Shown piece by piece: positions 22,041 through 33,389 of a DNA stretch of 37,756 bases. Location of the stretch: the NCBI RefSeq assembly GCF_001194135.2, contig NC_068987.1, positions 76,389,882 to 76,427,637 on the forward strand, given 5' to 3'. The DNA comes from Octopus bimaculoides (Eukaryota). Position 1 is the first letter of the stretch. Each line of letters begins with the position of its first letter. Below the pieces are notes generated by a model that saw nothing but the letters and a program-made list of their open reading frames with translations, made no database searches and was not told where the DNA came from. The position numbers were made by a program, and so were the translations under genes.

Positions 22041-22448
22041 ACATGTTTAATAGTAAAAAGTTTTGTCCTTGCTTGCTTGAACTGTTTGTGGAAGAGCGAA
22101 CGAGCTAGTCAATGGAACAAAAACAAAATTTTAGGCTCTATACTTGCTTTCAGGGGATATATTTATATCACGTCTTAAAAACGTTTGAGGTATTCGATCG
22201 TTAACGGTGAAAAAATTATTTCGAGTGTAATAACACTCAGCGTTGTCTTCAGAAGGTATGGGCTTCACTGGTCAGTGATCCGGTGGTGAGGTGGCTCATC
22301 TATCGTCAAGTAAACACTACAGGCTTTCCGTTCATTGCTTTGCTCAGCAGCCTGTAAATGCTGCTTATGACGGCCCTGGGAACATTGTGAAGAATTCTAC
22401 ATTTATAACCATTATTTTTAATAATATAAAATAATAACAACTATTGTA

Positions 22449-22545
22449 ATCCTTTTGGGTCGATAAAGTACCAGTCAAGTACTGGAGTGTGTTTATTGAC
22501 TTTAGCCTTTCCCCTCTTGACTTTGTGGCAAAATTTGAAAGAATT
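22449..22545 (+). mobile_element. SINE family B core/tail fragment
   Basis: TCCTTTTGGGTCGATAAAGTACCAGTCAAGTACTGG. Confidence 0.65.
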
Positions 22546-22885
22546 TCTATTTCGATTTCGATGCATAATTTTATGATTTTCATAACATTGTTTCAGTATG
22601 TTAAATAAGTTCTGGTTATGTCAATGATTCTATAAGTTAAGTCTCTTTAAAAGTGCAACATAGGATACTTTTGATTATGTCTTCTTCAATACAACATGGG
22701 ATACTTTTGATTAACGACTTCAATAGTTTAGGTTGTTATATGCATAACATTCTAAAACCTATTATCACAACCAGAATGATATAGCATTTAATATCAGCAG
22801 CTGCCAAGTCAAGTAAATTCCTTATTTAAGGTTTTTCTTTTGCCTTTTTATAAAGATAATAAACATTGTTTATTTGTTTACATGT

Positions 22886-23237
22886 GGGAGGTGCAATGGC
22901 CCAGTGGTTAGGGCAGCAGACACACGGTCAGAGGATCGCGGTTTTGATTCCTTGACCGGTTGTTGTGTGTTTATTGAGCGAAAACACCTAAAGCTCAGGC
23001 AGGGTGTGGTGGCGACCCCTGTTGTACTCTTTCGCCCCAACTTTCTCTCACTCTTTCTTCCTGTTTTTTGAGTAACGCTGCGATGNNNNNNNNNNCTCTT
23101 TCTTCCTGTTTTTTGAGTAACGCTGCGATGGACTGGCGTCCCGTCCAGCTGGGGGGAACACATACGTCATAGAAACCAGGAAACTGGGCCCATGAGCCTG
23201 ATTAGGCTTGAAAAGGGTGCATAAATAAATAAATAAA
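22886..23237 (+). mobile_element. V-SINE-like element, near full length
   Basis: tRNA head (TGGCCCAGTGG; GGTTTTGATTCC); GCTGCGATGGACTGGCGTCCCGTCCAG resembles the V-SINE central domain; (TAAA)n tail; 35 bp are duplicated artefactually across the 10-N gap. Confidence 0.75.
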
Positions 23238-23328
23238 ATTGTTTATGTGTCAAAAGTCTCTCGCAGCATCATTGAAAATCAGTTCACCTTCACACACACA
23301 TTTTCATATGACACCACTCCCTCATATA

Positions 23329-23470
23329 TACAATTGTGGCCAAAAGTTTGGAACATTTAAAAAAAAATTTCAATTGTTATGCCCTACATATGCTCTGACC
23401 AAATATAATTAAGCATTCAATATAAAAACTCTAATTGTCAAACCCACGCTCCAAACTTTTGACCAGGTAA
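23329..23470. mobile_element. Tc1/mariner-type MITE, about 140 bp
   Basis: TIRs TGTGGCCAAAAGTTTGGAAC and GCTCCAAACTTTTGACCAGG with TA-containing flanks. Confidence 0.65.
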
Positions 23471-23571
23471 TAATATGTTGCAAATTGAATATAACTTTAG
23501 ACATTTAATATTAAAATTCTAATTTTCAGACCTATGCGCCAATCTTTTGGCGACGGCTGAGCACATATATA

Positions 23572-23954
23572 TTCTTTTATTCTTTTACTTGTTTCAGTCA
23601 TTTGACTGTGGCCATGCTGAAGCACCATCTTTAATCTAGCAAATCGACCCAAGGACTTATTCTTTGTAAGCCTAGTACTTATTCTATCAGTCTCTTTTGT
23701 CAAACCACTAAGTTACAGGGATGTAAACACACCAGCACTGGTTGTCAAGCGATGTTGGGGGGACAAATACACACACAAACACATATATATATGATGGGCT
23801 TCTTTCTATTTCCTTCTACCAAATCCACTCACAAAGCTTTGGTCAGCCCGAGGCTATAGTAGAAGACACTTGCCCTAGGTACCATGCAGTAGGACTGAAC
23901 CTGGAGCCATGTGGCTGGCAAGCAAGCTACTTACCACACAGCCACTCCCGCTCC
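23572..23954 (-). mobile_element. SINE family A, full length
   Basis: Collinear reverse complement of 4539-4931; CpG-decayed. Confidence 0.92.
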
Positions 23955-24529
23955 TATATATATACATACACACAAAATTTTCATACATACATACCACAAG
24001 CACATATATATCTGAGTTTTTCAATGCGGTACATCTGCCAATTTCTTCTCACAAGGTATTGGTTAACCTGATTTTATGGTGTACAACATTTGCACATGAC
24101 AAGATAGATAGAACTCAGCAGATCTGTGAAGTAAACATGAGTACCAAGCAGCTATCTATGTCTAATACTTATAATAACTATCAAATGCCTTCTGTATAAT
24201 ATCTGAACTCAAGAAGCAGACAAGAGTGTAAGAAAATACTAATATATAAATTTGGTACTTTTAGTCACATCTTAAAAAAATTAGTGAGGAGAGGTTTATG
24301 GTTCAACTAAATTTTCAAAGTGAATTGCAATATACGATATAAAATCTGATAAAAATCTGAACTATGTTGTTATTTAGCCTGATTAAATCGGCAGTTTCAT
24401 ATAAAATATTTTGTGATATTGAATTATGGTCTTGTCAATCCTGAGTTCAAACCAAACTGATTCGACTTTGCGTTTCAATTTATTTATTTTTAATGAAATA
24501 AAATAAGTCAGATACCGAGCTGGATTATA

Positions 24530-24775
24530 TCCTGCATGGGCAACCTGTGGTCTGCGGTGGTTGTTGTGCTGCAGCCCTCGACACGTTGTTGTGCAGCCCT
24601 TGATAAGTTTTGAGGTTACTAATTTCATATTAAGATGAATAAACTTTCATACTAAGACGAATACAATTAAGAAATGCAAAAACACTTAGTGTAAAGTGGG
24701 CAAGTAATATTTCATGCATGTGTCTTATCATGCGGCCCTTTCCCACTTGGAAATAATATGATGTGGCCCTGGTTT
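24530..24775. mobile_element. hAT (Charlie-like) MITE remnant
   Basis: GCATGGGCAACCTGTGGTCTGCGG start and recurring GCAGCCC/GCGGCCC/GTGGCCC subterminal motifs. Confidence 0.45.
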
Positions 24776-24884
24776 ATATCCTATAACGCATTGGTTCTCA
24801 ACTAGGGTCTATATAACCTTTGTGGGGCCATATGAGATTTTGTTGTTAAAATTTATGTACATGAAATTGGTAATACTTCTACAG

Positions 24885-25205
24885 GCCTGGCTGTGTGGTA
24901 AGAAGTTTGCTTCCCAACCACATGGTTGGGAAGCCCTGTGAGTAGATTTGGTAGACAGAAACTGAAAGAAGCCCTTCATATATATATATGTGTGCCTTTT
25001 GTGTCTGTCTGTTCCCCAATTACTTTGACAACCGGTGTTGGTGTGTTTTTGTTTTTGTGACTTTGTGGTTCAGCAAAAGAGATCAATAGAAAAGCATTAG
25101 GATTTCCAAAAATTAGTCCTGGGATCAATTCGTTCGACTAAAACCCTTCAAGGTGGACTCCAGCATGGCCGCAGTCAAATGACTAAACTAAATACAAGAA
25201 TAACA
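24885..25205 (+). mobile_element. SINE family A with internal deletion of the box B region
   Basis: Head joins directly to GCCCTGTGAGTAGATTTGG; rest is collinear. Confidence 0.85.
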
Positions 25206-25819
25206 CAAAGTATTTTAAATTTTTCTTACGATTCTTATTAATATTTAATTATAGAGATACAGCAAGATGTTTTTGTGCACAGTGAATGATTATTGTGGTC
25301 CAGCAGAATAAAATAGGAATCAAAGATGTCCATAGACAATAAATGCTTGGGAAACTCTGATATAAAGATTCTGAGACTCCTATCTAATGAATTTTCTACC
25401 GTTTATAGACAGACTAAGGTGTGATTTGAGGAGGTCATTTTAACTGCTATTTCTTGCTAGTTGATGACTTGATGACCGTGTATATGGCCAGTTGTTTTTA
25501 GAATTTCACTTTGAGTACCATGATAGTTTTTTTGTCTATCTTAACCTTGGTTTATGGTTTCCAGTTGTGCAAAAAAGCCCATTAGATGGATTGTACATAT
25601 GTGGAATTCAAATGCAACGTTGTCACAAACTGTAATATATTGCCTGAAGATATATGTTACAAAGCTATGAGTATCTATGGAATACATAACCGCTTCATTT
25701 AAGATTCAACTAGTGGGCTGTTAAGACTGAAAACCTCATCAAAACCTCATAAATAATCCATTTATGCCCAGGTTAGGAGGCACAACCACTTGCATGCACA
25801 TGTGAACACACACCGTTAA

Positions 25820-25942
25820 CTTTCACCTACCAAATTCAATCACAAGGCTTCAGTTGGCCCTAGGCTATAGCCAAAGACACTTGCCCAAGGTGCCATGCTG
25901 TGGGACTGAACCTCAAGCCATGTGGCTGAATTCTTTACCACT
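25820..25942 (-). mobile_element. SINE family A, 5' half, decayed
   Basis: AAGACACTTGCCCAAGGTGCCATGCTGTGGGACTGAACC. Confidence 0.8.
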
Positions 25943-26694
25943 ATTAGTCAACCAATGCAATGGAAGCCAACGTGCTGGATCTTTTTTATTTTTTTAAATC
26001 ATAGCTCCTTTTCAAACTTTTCTTCTCCATTTAGGAAAAAATTGTGGATATTTTGGTGCCTCGTTTAAAAACTGGTCGTTTCAAAACAGTATAATATTCT
26101 TCTGAACAACTTGTATTGGGTGCTCTATACACATTAAATTTATATAGGTGTGTGTGTGTGTGTGTGTGCAACCATGTGTACATATATCCTCATACATATA
26201 TATATATATATATATACTCCCTTGCTATCTCTCTTGTGTGTATATACATATGTATACACACTCAGTGTTTGTGTGTGTGTGTGTGTGTGTATATGTTTTC
26301 ATGTAAACGTTGGCATAGATGTCGTTTTTCTCTTTGCTCCCAAAGACTCTAAGATTGATTTAAAACTATGCATCTCCAGTTTTTATTCAATCCAACAACT
26401 AGCTCATTGATTTGGCATACAAAGTGGCTGCATATTCCACAGACACGTGTATATCCCCTTAACATTATTACTCCCAAACAGAATTACCATGATACAAGCG
26501 TGGCTAAGATGGACTTTTTTAAATTAACAAAAACATTTGAAGGTACAGCCGACCTGACTATCTACCTCGATTTGCTTTGCTTATGAAATTTTAGTCAGCC
26601 CAAGCTGTAGCAAAATGTACTTTACCTAATATGCTATGCAGTGGGACTATACTTAACACTTGGCATGGCTGTTTCATAAACTTCTTAACCACTT

Positions 26695-26842
26695 GGTCAA
26701 AGGGCATCCAGCTGTAGAAACTCTGCCAAATTAGATTGGAGCCTGGTGTAGCCATCCGGTTGCACCAGTCCTCAGTCAAATCGTCCAACCCATGCTAGCA
26801 TGGAAAGCGGACGTTAAACGATGATGATGATGATGATGATGA
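26695..26842 (+). mobile_element. SINE family D 3' part with (GAT)n tail (MetaSINE/RTE-tail-like)
   Basis: AAGGGCATCCAGCTGTAGAAAC...GGAAAGCGGACGTTAAACGATGATGAT; reverse complement of about 36342-36485; preceded by a decayed minus-strand family A head (26590-26692). Confidence 0.85.
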
Positions 26843-26859
26843 TATATATTTATATATAT

Positions 26860-27220
26860 TCTCTTTTACTCTCTTTTACTTGTTTCAGTCATTTGACTGC
26901 GGCCATGCTGGAGCTCCGCCTTCATAGTCGAGCAAATCGACCTCAGAGCTTATTCTTTGTAAGTCTAGTACTTATTCTATTGGTCTCTATTGCCGAACCG
27001 TTAAGTTACGGGGACGCAAACACACCAGCATCAGTTGACAAGCGATACTGGACACACACACACACGCACACACACACACATATACACGCGCACACATATA
27101 CAATGAGCTTTTTCCAGTTTCCATCTACCAAATCCACTCACAATGCTTTGGTTGGCCTGAGGCTATAATAGAAGACACTAGCCCAAGGTGCCATGCAGTG
27201 GGACTGAACCCAGGACCATA
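26860..27220 (-). mobile_element. SINE family A, 5'-clipped
   Basis: Collinear with the other copies. Confidence 0.9.
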
Positions 27221-27472
27221 TATTGTATATATATGAATGAGTTTTGGAAGGATATATTATCTGGGTGGATACTGTATTCGCTCTCGGTTAAGTTCTCGTT
27301 AACAGCTAACCACCACGATCAGTATTTAACATCTCTGACTACAATTTGTTGTTAGTGACTCTGTGAATTCTTCCCTTGGGTAATTCTGTGTATGCTTCGC
27401 TGGAGGTAAAAATGGTTTGGAGTATATAATTATACTTGCTTCAGTATTTATAGTTCACTTCGAGGCTGAGCA

Positions 27473-27567
27473 AATGAATGGATCCTGATGAAGCTGCACT
27501 GACAGTAATGCAAGGTGGCATTTGCAATGGTGAGTAGTTGCTGCAGTGGAAACATGTGTAGGTCATT
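27473..27567 (+). ncRNA. Type I hammerhead ribozyme-like motif (Penelope-type) with extended helix II
   Basis: CTGATGA 27485-27491, helix II GCTGCA/TGCAGT, GAAA 27549-27552, helix III ACA/TGT, GUA site ending at 27560, helix I GATC/GGTC plus AAT/ATT. Confidence 0.6.
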
Positions 27568-27645
27568 ATACGTTGTATATAATTATGAAATAAATTTTGT
27601 GGCTGAACAAGTCTCCATACTCTTTATTATTAATAGTTTTATATA

Positions 27646-27807
27646 GGCGCAGGAGTGGCTGTGTGGTAAGTAGCTTGCTTATCAACCACACGGTTCTGAG
27701 TTCAGTCCCACTGTGTTACACCATTTGCAAGTGTCTTCTCCTATAGCCTCAGGCTGACCAAAGCCTTGTGAGTGGATTTGGTAGACGGAAACTGAAAGAA
27801 GCCCATC

Positions 27808-27844
<37 letters not shown>

Positions 27845-28067
27845 TGTATATGTGCGTATATGTTTGTGTTTGGCCCCCCTTGCATCACTTGACAACTGAT
27901 GCTGGTGTGTTTACGTCCCCGTAACTTAGCGATTCAGCAAAATAGACCGATAACAGTAAGTACTTGGCTTACAAAGAATAAGTCCTGGGGTCGATTTGCT
28001 CGACTAAAGGTGGTGCTCCAGCATGGCCATAGTCAAACAGCTGAAACAAGTAAAAGAATAAAAGAAT
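27646..28067 (+). mobile_element. SINE family A, full length
   Basis: GGCGCAGGAGTGGCTGTGTGG head through to the AAAAGAAT tail; multiple CpG>TpG/CpA changes relative to 4539-4931. Confidence 0.93.
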
Positions 28068-28269
28068 ATATATCAAAATATATATAAACGAAAAGTAGGA
28101 GGTATAAAATGATTTCATCGTTAGGGTCTTCTGGATTTGAACTTCATGGGCGCTCGCCAGTCTGCTAGCCAAGTCCCTTAGAGGAACATTCTGTTACAGT
28201 CACACAATTTTCTGAATCCATATCTTGTTCTATATATGTTTATATCTACACACACATACACACAGTATT

Positions 28270-28430
28270 TAGACATGAGCTACTATTATCTTCATGCCGT
28301 GGAAATAACTGGACTGATTTATATATCAAGCCTTGTGTCTCTACAAAGAATGGTGATTTCAAGACAGTAATGTCGTACTCTTTACAACCTGTGTTAGGTC
28401 CCCTACTCTTCATAATTTTTCTTTTGTGCA
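28270..28430 (+). pseudogene. Decayed LINE reverse transcriptase fragment (CR1/L2/Jockey-like)
   Basis: Frame reads ...NWTDLYIKPCVSTKNGDFKTVMSYSLQPVLGPLLFIIFL, resembling the RT motif PQGSVLGPLLFLIY and its upstream W...NG..S context. Confidence 0.5.
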
Positions 28431-29203
28431 ATGCAGCTGTCTACTATTTATCTACATATATATAAAATCTATATAATCAGGAGTGTATGTTTTATATTAT
28501 CATGGGTGTATGTTGTATTGTTTCCAGAGCATGAAACTGTTATTTGCACATTTAAATACTGTGTATATTAAATGATATTTATCTCCACTGGATAGAGTAC
28601 TTTTTTTGTCGATTCTACCTATAATGGTCAATAGACTATACACACGTGTGTGCACGCATGTATATTTATATGTGTGTGTGTATGTATATAAATCCACACA
28701 CACACACATCTGGAAGTTCACTATACTTTTTGTCGATTTTACTAAATTATACAAGCTTGCCAAAGCAGACCAACACCAGTCTCTTTGGATTCTGTTTCAT
28801 TGTGTGTGTGTATTAACATGTGTATTCTTTTTACTTTTTGAAGTCATTGGACTGAAGCCAGACTGCAGAATCAGCTGGAGAGATTTTAGTTGGCTACATT
28901 TTAAAAGTCTGGAACTTATCTAAGCAATCTTTCTGTTCATCAGTGATATAAACACTCAAATACACAAACACATGGGCTTTCACTTCCACTTTGTCGAGCA
29001 AATTCTCACAAAGAGTTGTTTAGCCCTAGGCTTGCTCAAAATTCAAGCAGTATTTTGAATCTGAAGTAACATTTGTGAAGCAAATGATCTTAATCAGTTG
29101 CCATGTCTGTATGTGTGGTATATGTGTGTGCATGTTTATATATATTTATATATATATATATATATATAATAAAGTAAAGTTGTGGAATACCGTACGAGTG
29201 GAA

Positions 29204-29979
29204 ATATATATGAAAGAAGGTTTGAAAATGCACTTATTTTTTAAAAATATTTATTTACTTAACCGGTTTCACTTAGCCAGTCATACTGTCTCTTAAGACA
29301 GTAAAACATTCCCTCAATATACACAAGAGGAAAAAGCCAGGTCAGTTCCTCTTCAAATTTATTCGATTGTCAACGAATATGTATAAGAATATGTATATGT
29401 ATTGTCAAAGAATATGTATATGTATTATTCCATATGTGTATTTTCATACACTGTTTTTANNNNNNNNNNNNNNNNNNNNNNNNNNNNNNNNNNNNNNNNN
29501 NNNNNNNNNNNNNNNNNNNNNNNNNNNNNNNNNNNNNNNNNNNNNNNNNNNNNNNNNNNNNNNNNNNNNNNNNNNNNNNNNNNNNNNNNNNNNNNNNNNN
29601 NNNNNNNNNNNNNNNNNNNNNNNNNNNNNNNNNNNNNNNNNNNNNNNNNNNNNNNNNNNNNNNNNNNNNNNNNNNNNNNNNNNNNNNNNNNNNNNNNNNN
29701 NNNNNNNNNNNNNNNNNNNNNNNNNNNNNNNNNNNNNNNNNNNNNNNNNNNNNNNNNNNNNNNNNNNNNNNNNNNNNNNNNNNNNNNNNNNNNNNNNNNN
29801 NNNNNNNNNNNNNNNNNNNNNNNNNNNNNNNNNNNNNNNNNNNNNNNNNNNNNNNNNNNNNNNNNNNNNNNNNNNNNNNNNNNNNNNNNNNNNNNNNNNN
29901 NNNNNNNNNNNNNNNNNNNNNNNNNNNNNNNNNNNNNNNNNNNNATATTTTTAAAAAATAAGTGCATTTTCAAACCTTC

Positions 29980-29990
<11 letters not shown>
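29204..29990. mobile_element. Inverted-repeat element spanning a gap (arms 29204-29250 and 29945-29990), Penelope-like
   Basis: 46-bp perfect inverted match; GAAACCGGTT half-hammerhead on the minus strand at 29270-29261. Confidence 0.55.
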
Positions 29991-30015
<25 letters not shown>

Positions 30016-30084
30016 AACAATATGTATGTAGGTATATGCTAATATACTTATGTATATGCACGTGTATACATATATGTGAACCAT

Positions 30085-30275
30085 ATTCTTTTACTTTTTT
30101 CAGTCATTTGACAGCGACCATGCCTGAGCACCGTCTTTAGTCAAACAAATCGACCCTAAGACTTGTTCTTTTTCAGCCTAGTACTTATTCTATTGGTCAC
30201 TTTTGCTGAACCGCTAGGTTACGGAGATGTAAACACACCAACATTGGTTGTCAAGTGATGGTCGGGAGACAAACA
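30085..30275 (-). mobile_element. SINE family A, 3' half
   Basis: Ends at the internal (TA)n where the X/Y repeat begins. Confidence 0.88.
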
Positions 30276-30295
30276 TATATATATATATATATATA

Positions 30296-30461
30296 TAAAA
30301 TATATAGTTTTAGGGAAAATAACCAATTATCAAGAACTCATCGATGAAAATCCACTATTACATATAGAAAAATTATCTATAAGGCTCAATTTAATTTTAA
30401 TTTTTTATAAATTGATTTTAATTGAGTTTTTTGCCTGTAATTTTGGATTTTGTCCCTAATA
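30296..30461 (+). mobile_element. Second copy of the X/Y repeat with X inverted
   Basis: 30300-30372 is the reverse complement of 7740-7812; 30374-30461 is direct to 7828-7909. Confidence 0.75.
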
Positions 30462-30570
30462 TTATTATTNNNNNNNNNNNNNNNNNNNNNNNNNNNNNNN
30501 NNNNNNNNNNNNNNNNNNNNNNNNNNNNNNNNNNNNNNNNNNNNNNNNNNNNNNNNNNNNNNNNNNNNNN

Positions 30571-30877
30571 AGCCTAGTACTTATTCTATCGGTCTCCATA
30601 GCCGAACCACTAAGTTACGGGGACATAAACACACCAGCATCGGTTGTCAAGCGATGTTGGGGGGACAAACACAGACATACAAACACACACACACACGTAC
30701 ACATATATATACACATATACGACGGGCTTCTTTCAGTTTCCGTCTACCAAATCCACTCACAAGGCATTGGTCGGCCCGAGGCTATAGTAGAAGGCACTTG
30801 CCCAAGATGCCACGCAGTGGGACTGAACCCGGGACCATGTGGTTGGTAAGCAAGCTACTTACCACACAGCCACTCCT
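30571..30877 (-). mobile_element. SINE family A, tail lost in the gap, relatively young
   Basis: Collinear; retains most CpGs. Confidence 0.92.
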
Positions 30878-31489
30878 ATATATAATCTCAAGTATGTGTG
30901 TGTATATGTATATATGCACACGCATGTCCATATTTGCAATCTGTATATTCTATATATTATATGTATTTGAATAACTTATGCACATGCACACACACGCACA
31001 CCTACTATACAGTTTCTATCTTCCAAATTGGACATCCAAAGCATTGGCCGATAGGAAACCACTTTCCAAACATGGTGTTAGATCCTGAAGTCACATTGCT
31101 GCGAACTCAACTAATCTATACAACTTGCACATGCATGCACCACACACACTTGTAGCATCTAGTTACTCACATTTGATTATTCCAATTTCATGTTACTCAT
31201 CATCAGACTGTATATAAACAACAGGGTTTTTGTGGTATTGTGGTGGTAGTGCCTCAACATTGCCAAGGCGCAATGGCTAAGCCTATTGAAAGTATGCATA
31301 TTTAAATTCTGCAGACAAGCAGAGATGTACATGCATGCATACATTCTCTAATACAGGCAGATTTTGGGGGAGCTTCTGTATGACATGCTAGAAATAACAA
31401 CCCCATTTGACTTGTTAATAATAATGATAGACTCCCCTATCGAAGATGACAGATGAGCGTTTAACGTTTTGCTGAACGATCTGCACAAA

Positions 31490-31722
31490 TGATTTGCTTA
31501 TAGTGATCAAATGTTTGTGCTGCAGATTAGCTCACTCTCCCTCCATCAAATCGATGTTGCCTGAACAGGTGCACTGTGTATACCATGCAACAGGTATTGA
31601 AGTGATCACAAAGCAATGTGAGATGAAGTGTTTTGCTTGAGAACACAACGCACCACCTGGTCTAGGAATTGAAATCACAATCTAGCGATTGCAAGTGCAA
31701 CACTCTAACCACTGAGCCAATG
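31490..31722 (-). mobile_element. SINE family C, decayed
   Basis: Head homologous to 9300-9372. Confidence 0.75.
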
Positions 31723-31769
31723 CACCCTCACAATAATAATAGTAATAATAATAATAGTAGTAATAATAA

Positions 31770-31972
31770 TAATAGTGGTTTCAAATTTTGCCTCAAAGGC
31801 AGCAATTTTGGGGGAGAGGATGAGTTAATTACATGACCCCAGTGTTCAACTGGTACTTATTTTATCGACCCCAAAAGGATGAAAGGTAAAGTTGACCTCG
31901 GTGGTATTTATGGGCAAAATATCATTTAGCATTTTGTCCAGCGCGCTAACGATTCTGCCAGGTCACCGCCTT
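31770..31972 (-). mobile_element. SINE family B (CORE-type)
   Basis: CTGGTACTTATTTTATCGACCCCAAAAGGATGAAAGG core; head ends GGTCACCGCCTT. Confidence 0.88.
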
Positions 31973-31984
31973 AATAATATTAAT

Positions 31985-32212
31985 AATAATTTTAGCTCTA
32001 AGTTAGCAATTTCAGAAGAGTGGGTAAGTCAATTACATGAACCCCAGTGCTCAACTGGTACTTAATTTCATTGGACTCGAAAGAATGCAGAAAAAAAAAA
32101 AAAAAAAGTGAGGGGTGCAAAGTTGTCTTCAGCAGAATTTCAACTCAGTAAAAATGTAATGCCACTAAATATTTTGCCCAATGTGCTTAGGTTTCTGACA
32201 GCTCACAGCCTT
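31985..32212 (-). mobile_element. SINE family B, older copy
   Basis: Collinear with the adjacent copy; contains an internal poly(A). Confidence 0.75.
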
Positions 32213-32234
32213 AATAATAATAATAATAATAATA

Positions 32235-32510
32235 ATAACAACAAGAGCACTCAGAGAGAGCAAATCTCTGCCAAGGCAACACTAACGTTATCTCAACGGT
32301 TAGCCGGAGATGATTTTTAAAATGAGAATATCGGAAATAAATTAGACTGCTCTCACAAACAAGTATACTAAAAATGAACCCAATCACTCACAAAAACTAA
32401 ATTTAAAAAAAACGGAAAAATAATCCAGAATCCAGTGCCGGATCGATCCCAAAATCTAATCAGTTCGTGCCACTCATGAGGCTAAAACATCCAGTGGTTA
32501 ATAAAAGAGC
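32235..32510 (+). mobile_element. Possible Helentron/DINE-like non-autonomous element remnant
   Basis: Starts AACAAGAGCACTCAGAGAG...CTCTGCCAAGG and contains GGATCGATCCCAAAATCTAATCAGTTC; assignment rests on recalled family motifs only. Confidence 0.35.
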
Positions 32511-32855
32511 TCAGTTGATAAATTATCTGTGAAGTGAAAACACTGGGTGATCATGGCTAGAATATATTTGCTTATAATTAGGTTTTATCAAGGCTGGCCA
32601 GGTAGTAAGAAAACAACTACTTCTACGACTACATGTTTTAAATATACAGCTTTGCTTAATTACTAACTGATGATTATTACTATTTATTACAATCCAATTA
32701 GTATTGCTTTTGTAATTAGTCAGAAAACTGAATGTGTATCTGTCTCCTTATGTATGTGCATGTGTGTATCTATATATACATACATGTATATTTTGCATAT
32801 ATGTATATTATCTGTATATTGTGTGTGTGTGTGTGTGTGTGTGTGCGTTTTCATA

Positions 32856-33226
32856 TCTTTTATCTTTTACCCGTTTCAGGTGCCATGCTGGGGCACCGCC
32901 TTGAATTTTTAGTCGAATGAATTGACCCCAGTACTTATTTTTTAAGCCTGGTACTTTATCAGTCTGTTTTGGTGAACCACTACGTTACAGGGACATAAAC
33001 ACACCGACACCAGTTGTCAAGTGGTGTTGGGGGCACAAACACAGACACATACATAGATATATATACAACGGGTTTCAGATTCTGTCTACCAAATCCACTG
33101 ACAAGGCTTTGGGTTAGCGTGAAGCTATAGTAGAAGACACTTGCCCAAGGTGTCACACAGTGGAATTGAACCTGGAACCACATAGTTGGGGACCAAGCTT
33201 CTTACCACACAGCCACTCCTGCGCCT
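32856..33226 (-). mobile_element. SINE family A, full length, diverged
   Basis: Ends CACAGCCACTCCTGCGCC (the head). Confidence 0.9.
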
Positions 33227-33389
33227 GTGTGTTTTTCCATGCAGTCCTGGGTTCGATGAGTATATTATTGAGAAAGTATTTTACATGGCCTTCGTTTTCA
33301 CTAAGTCTAATCTGATTTCAAGCAAAGGATCTATTGTCAGGCTTCTGAAGTGAGCTGGCAATTTGTTGACAAAAGTGACAAGATCATTT

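Noticed and set aside
31170-31215. Other CTGANGA heptamers (31206 minus, 32667 plus, 28943 minus, 9588 minus)
   Set aside because: No convincing helix II plus GAAA plus helix I combination; expected by chance.
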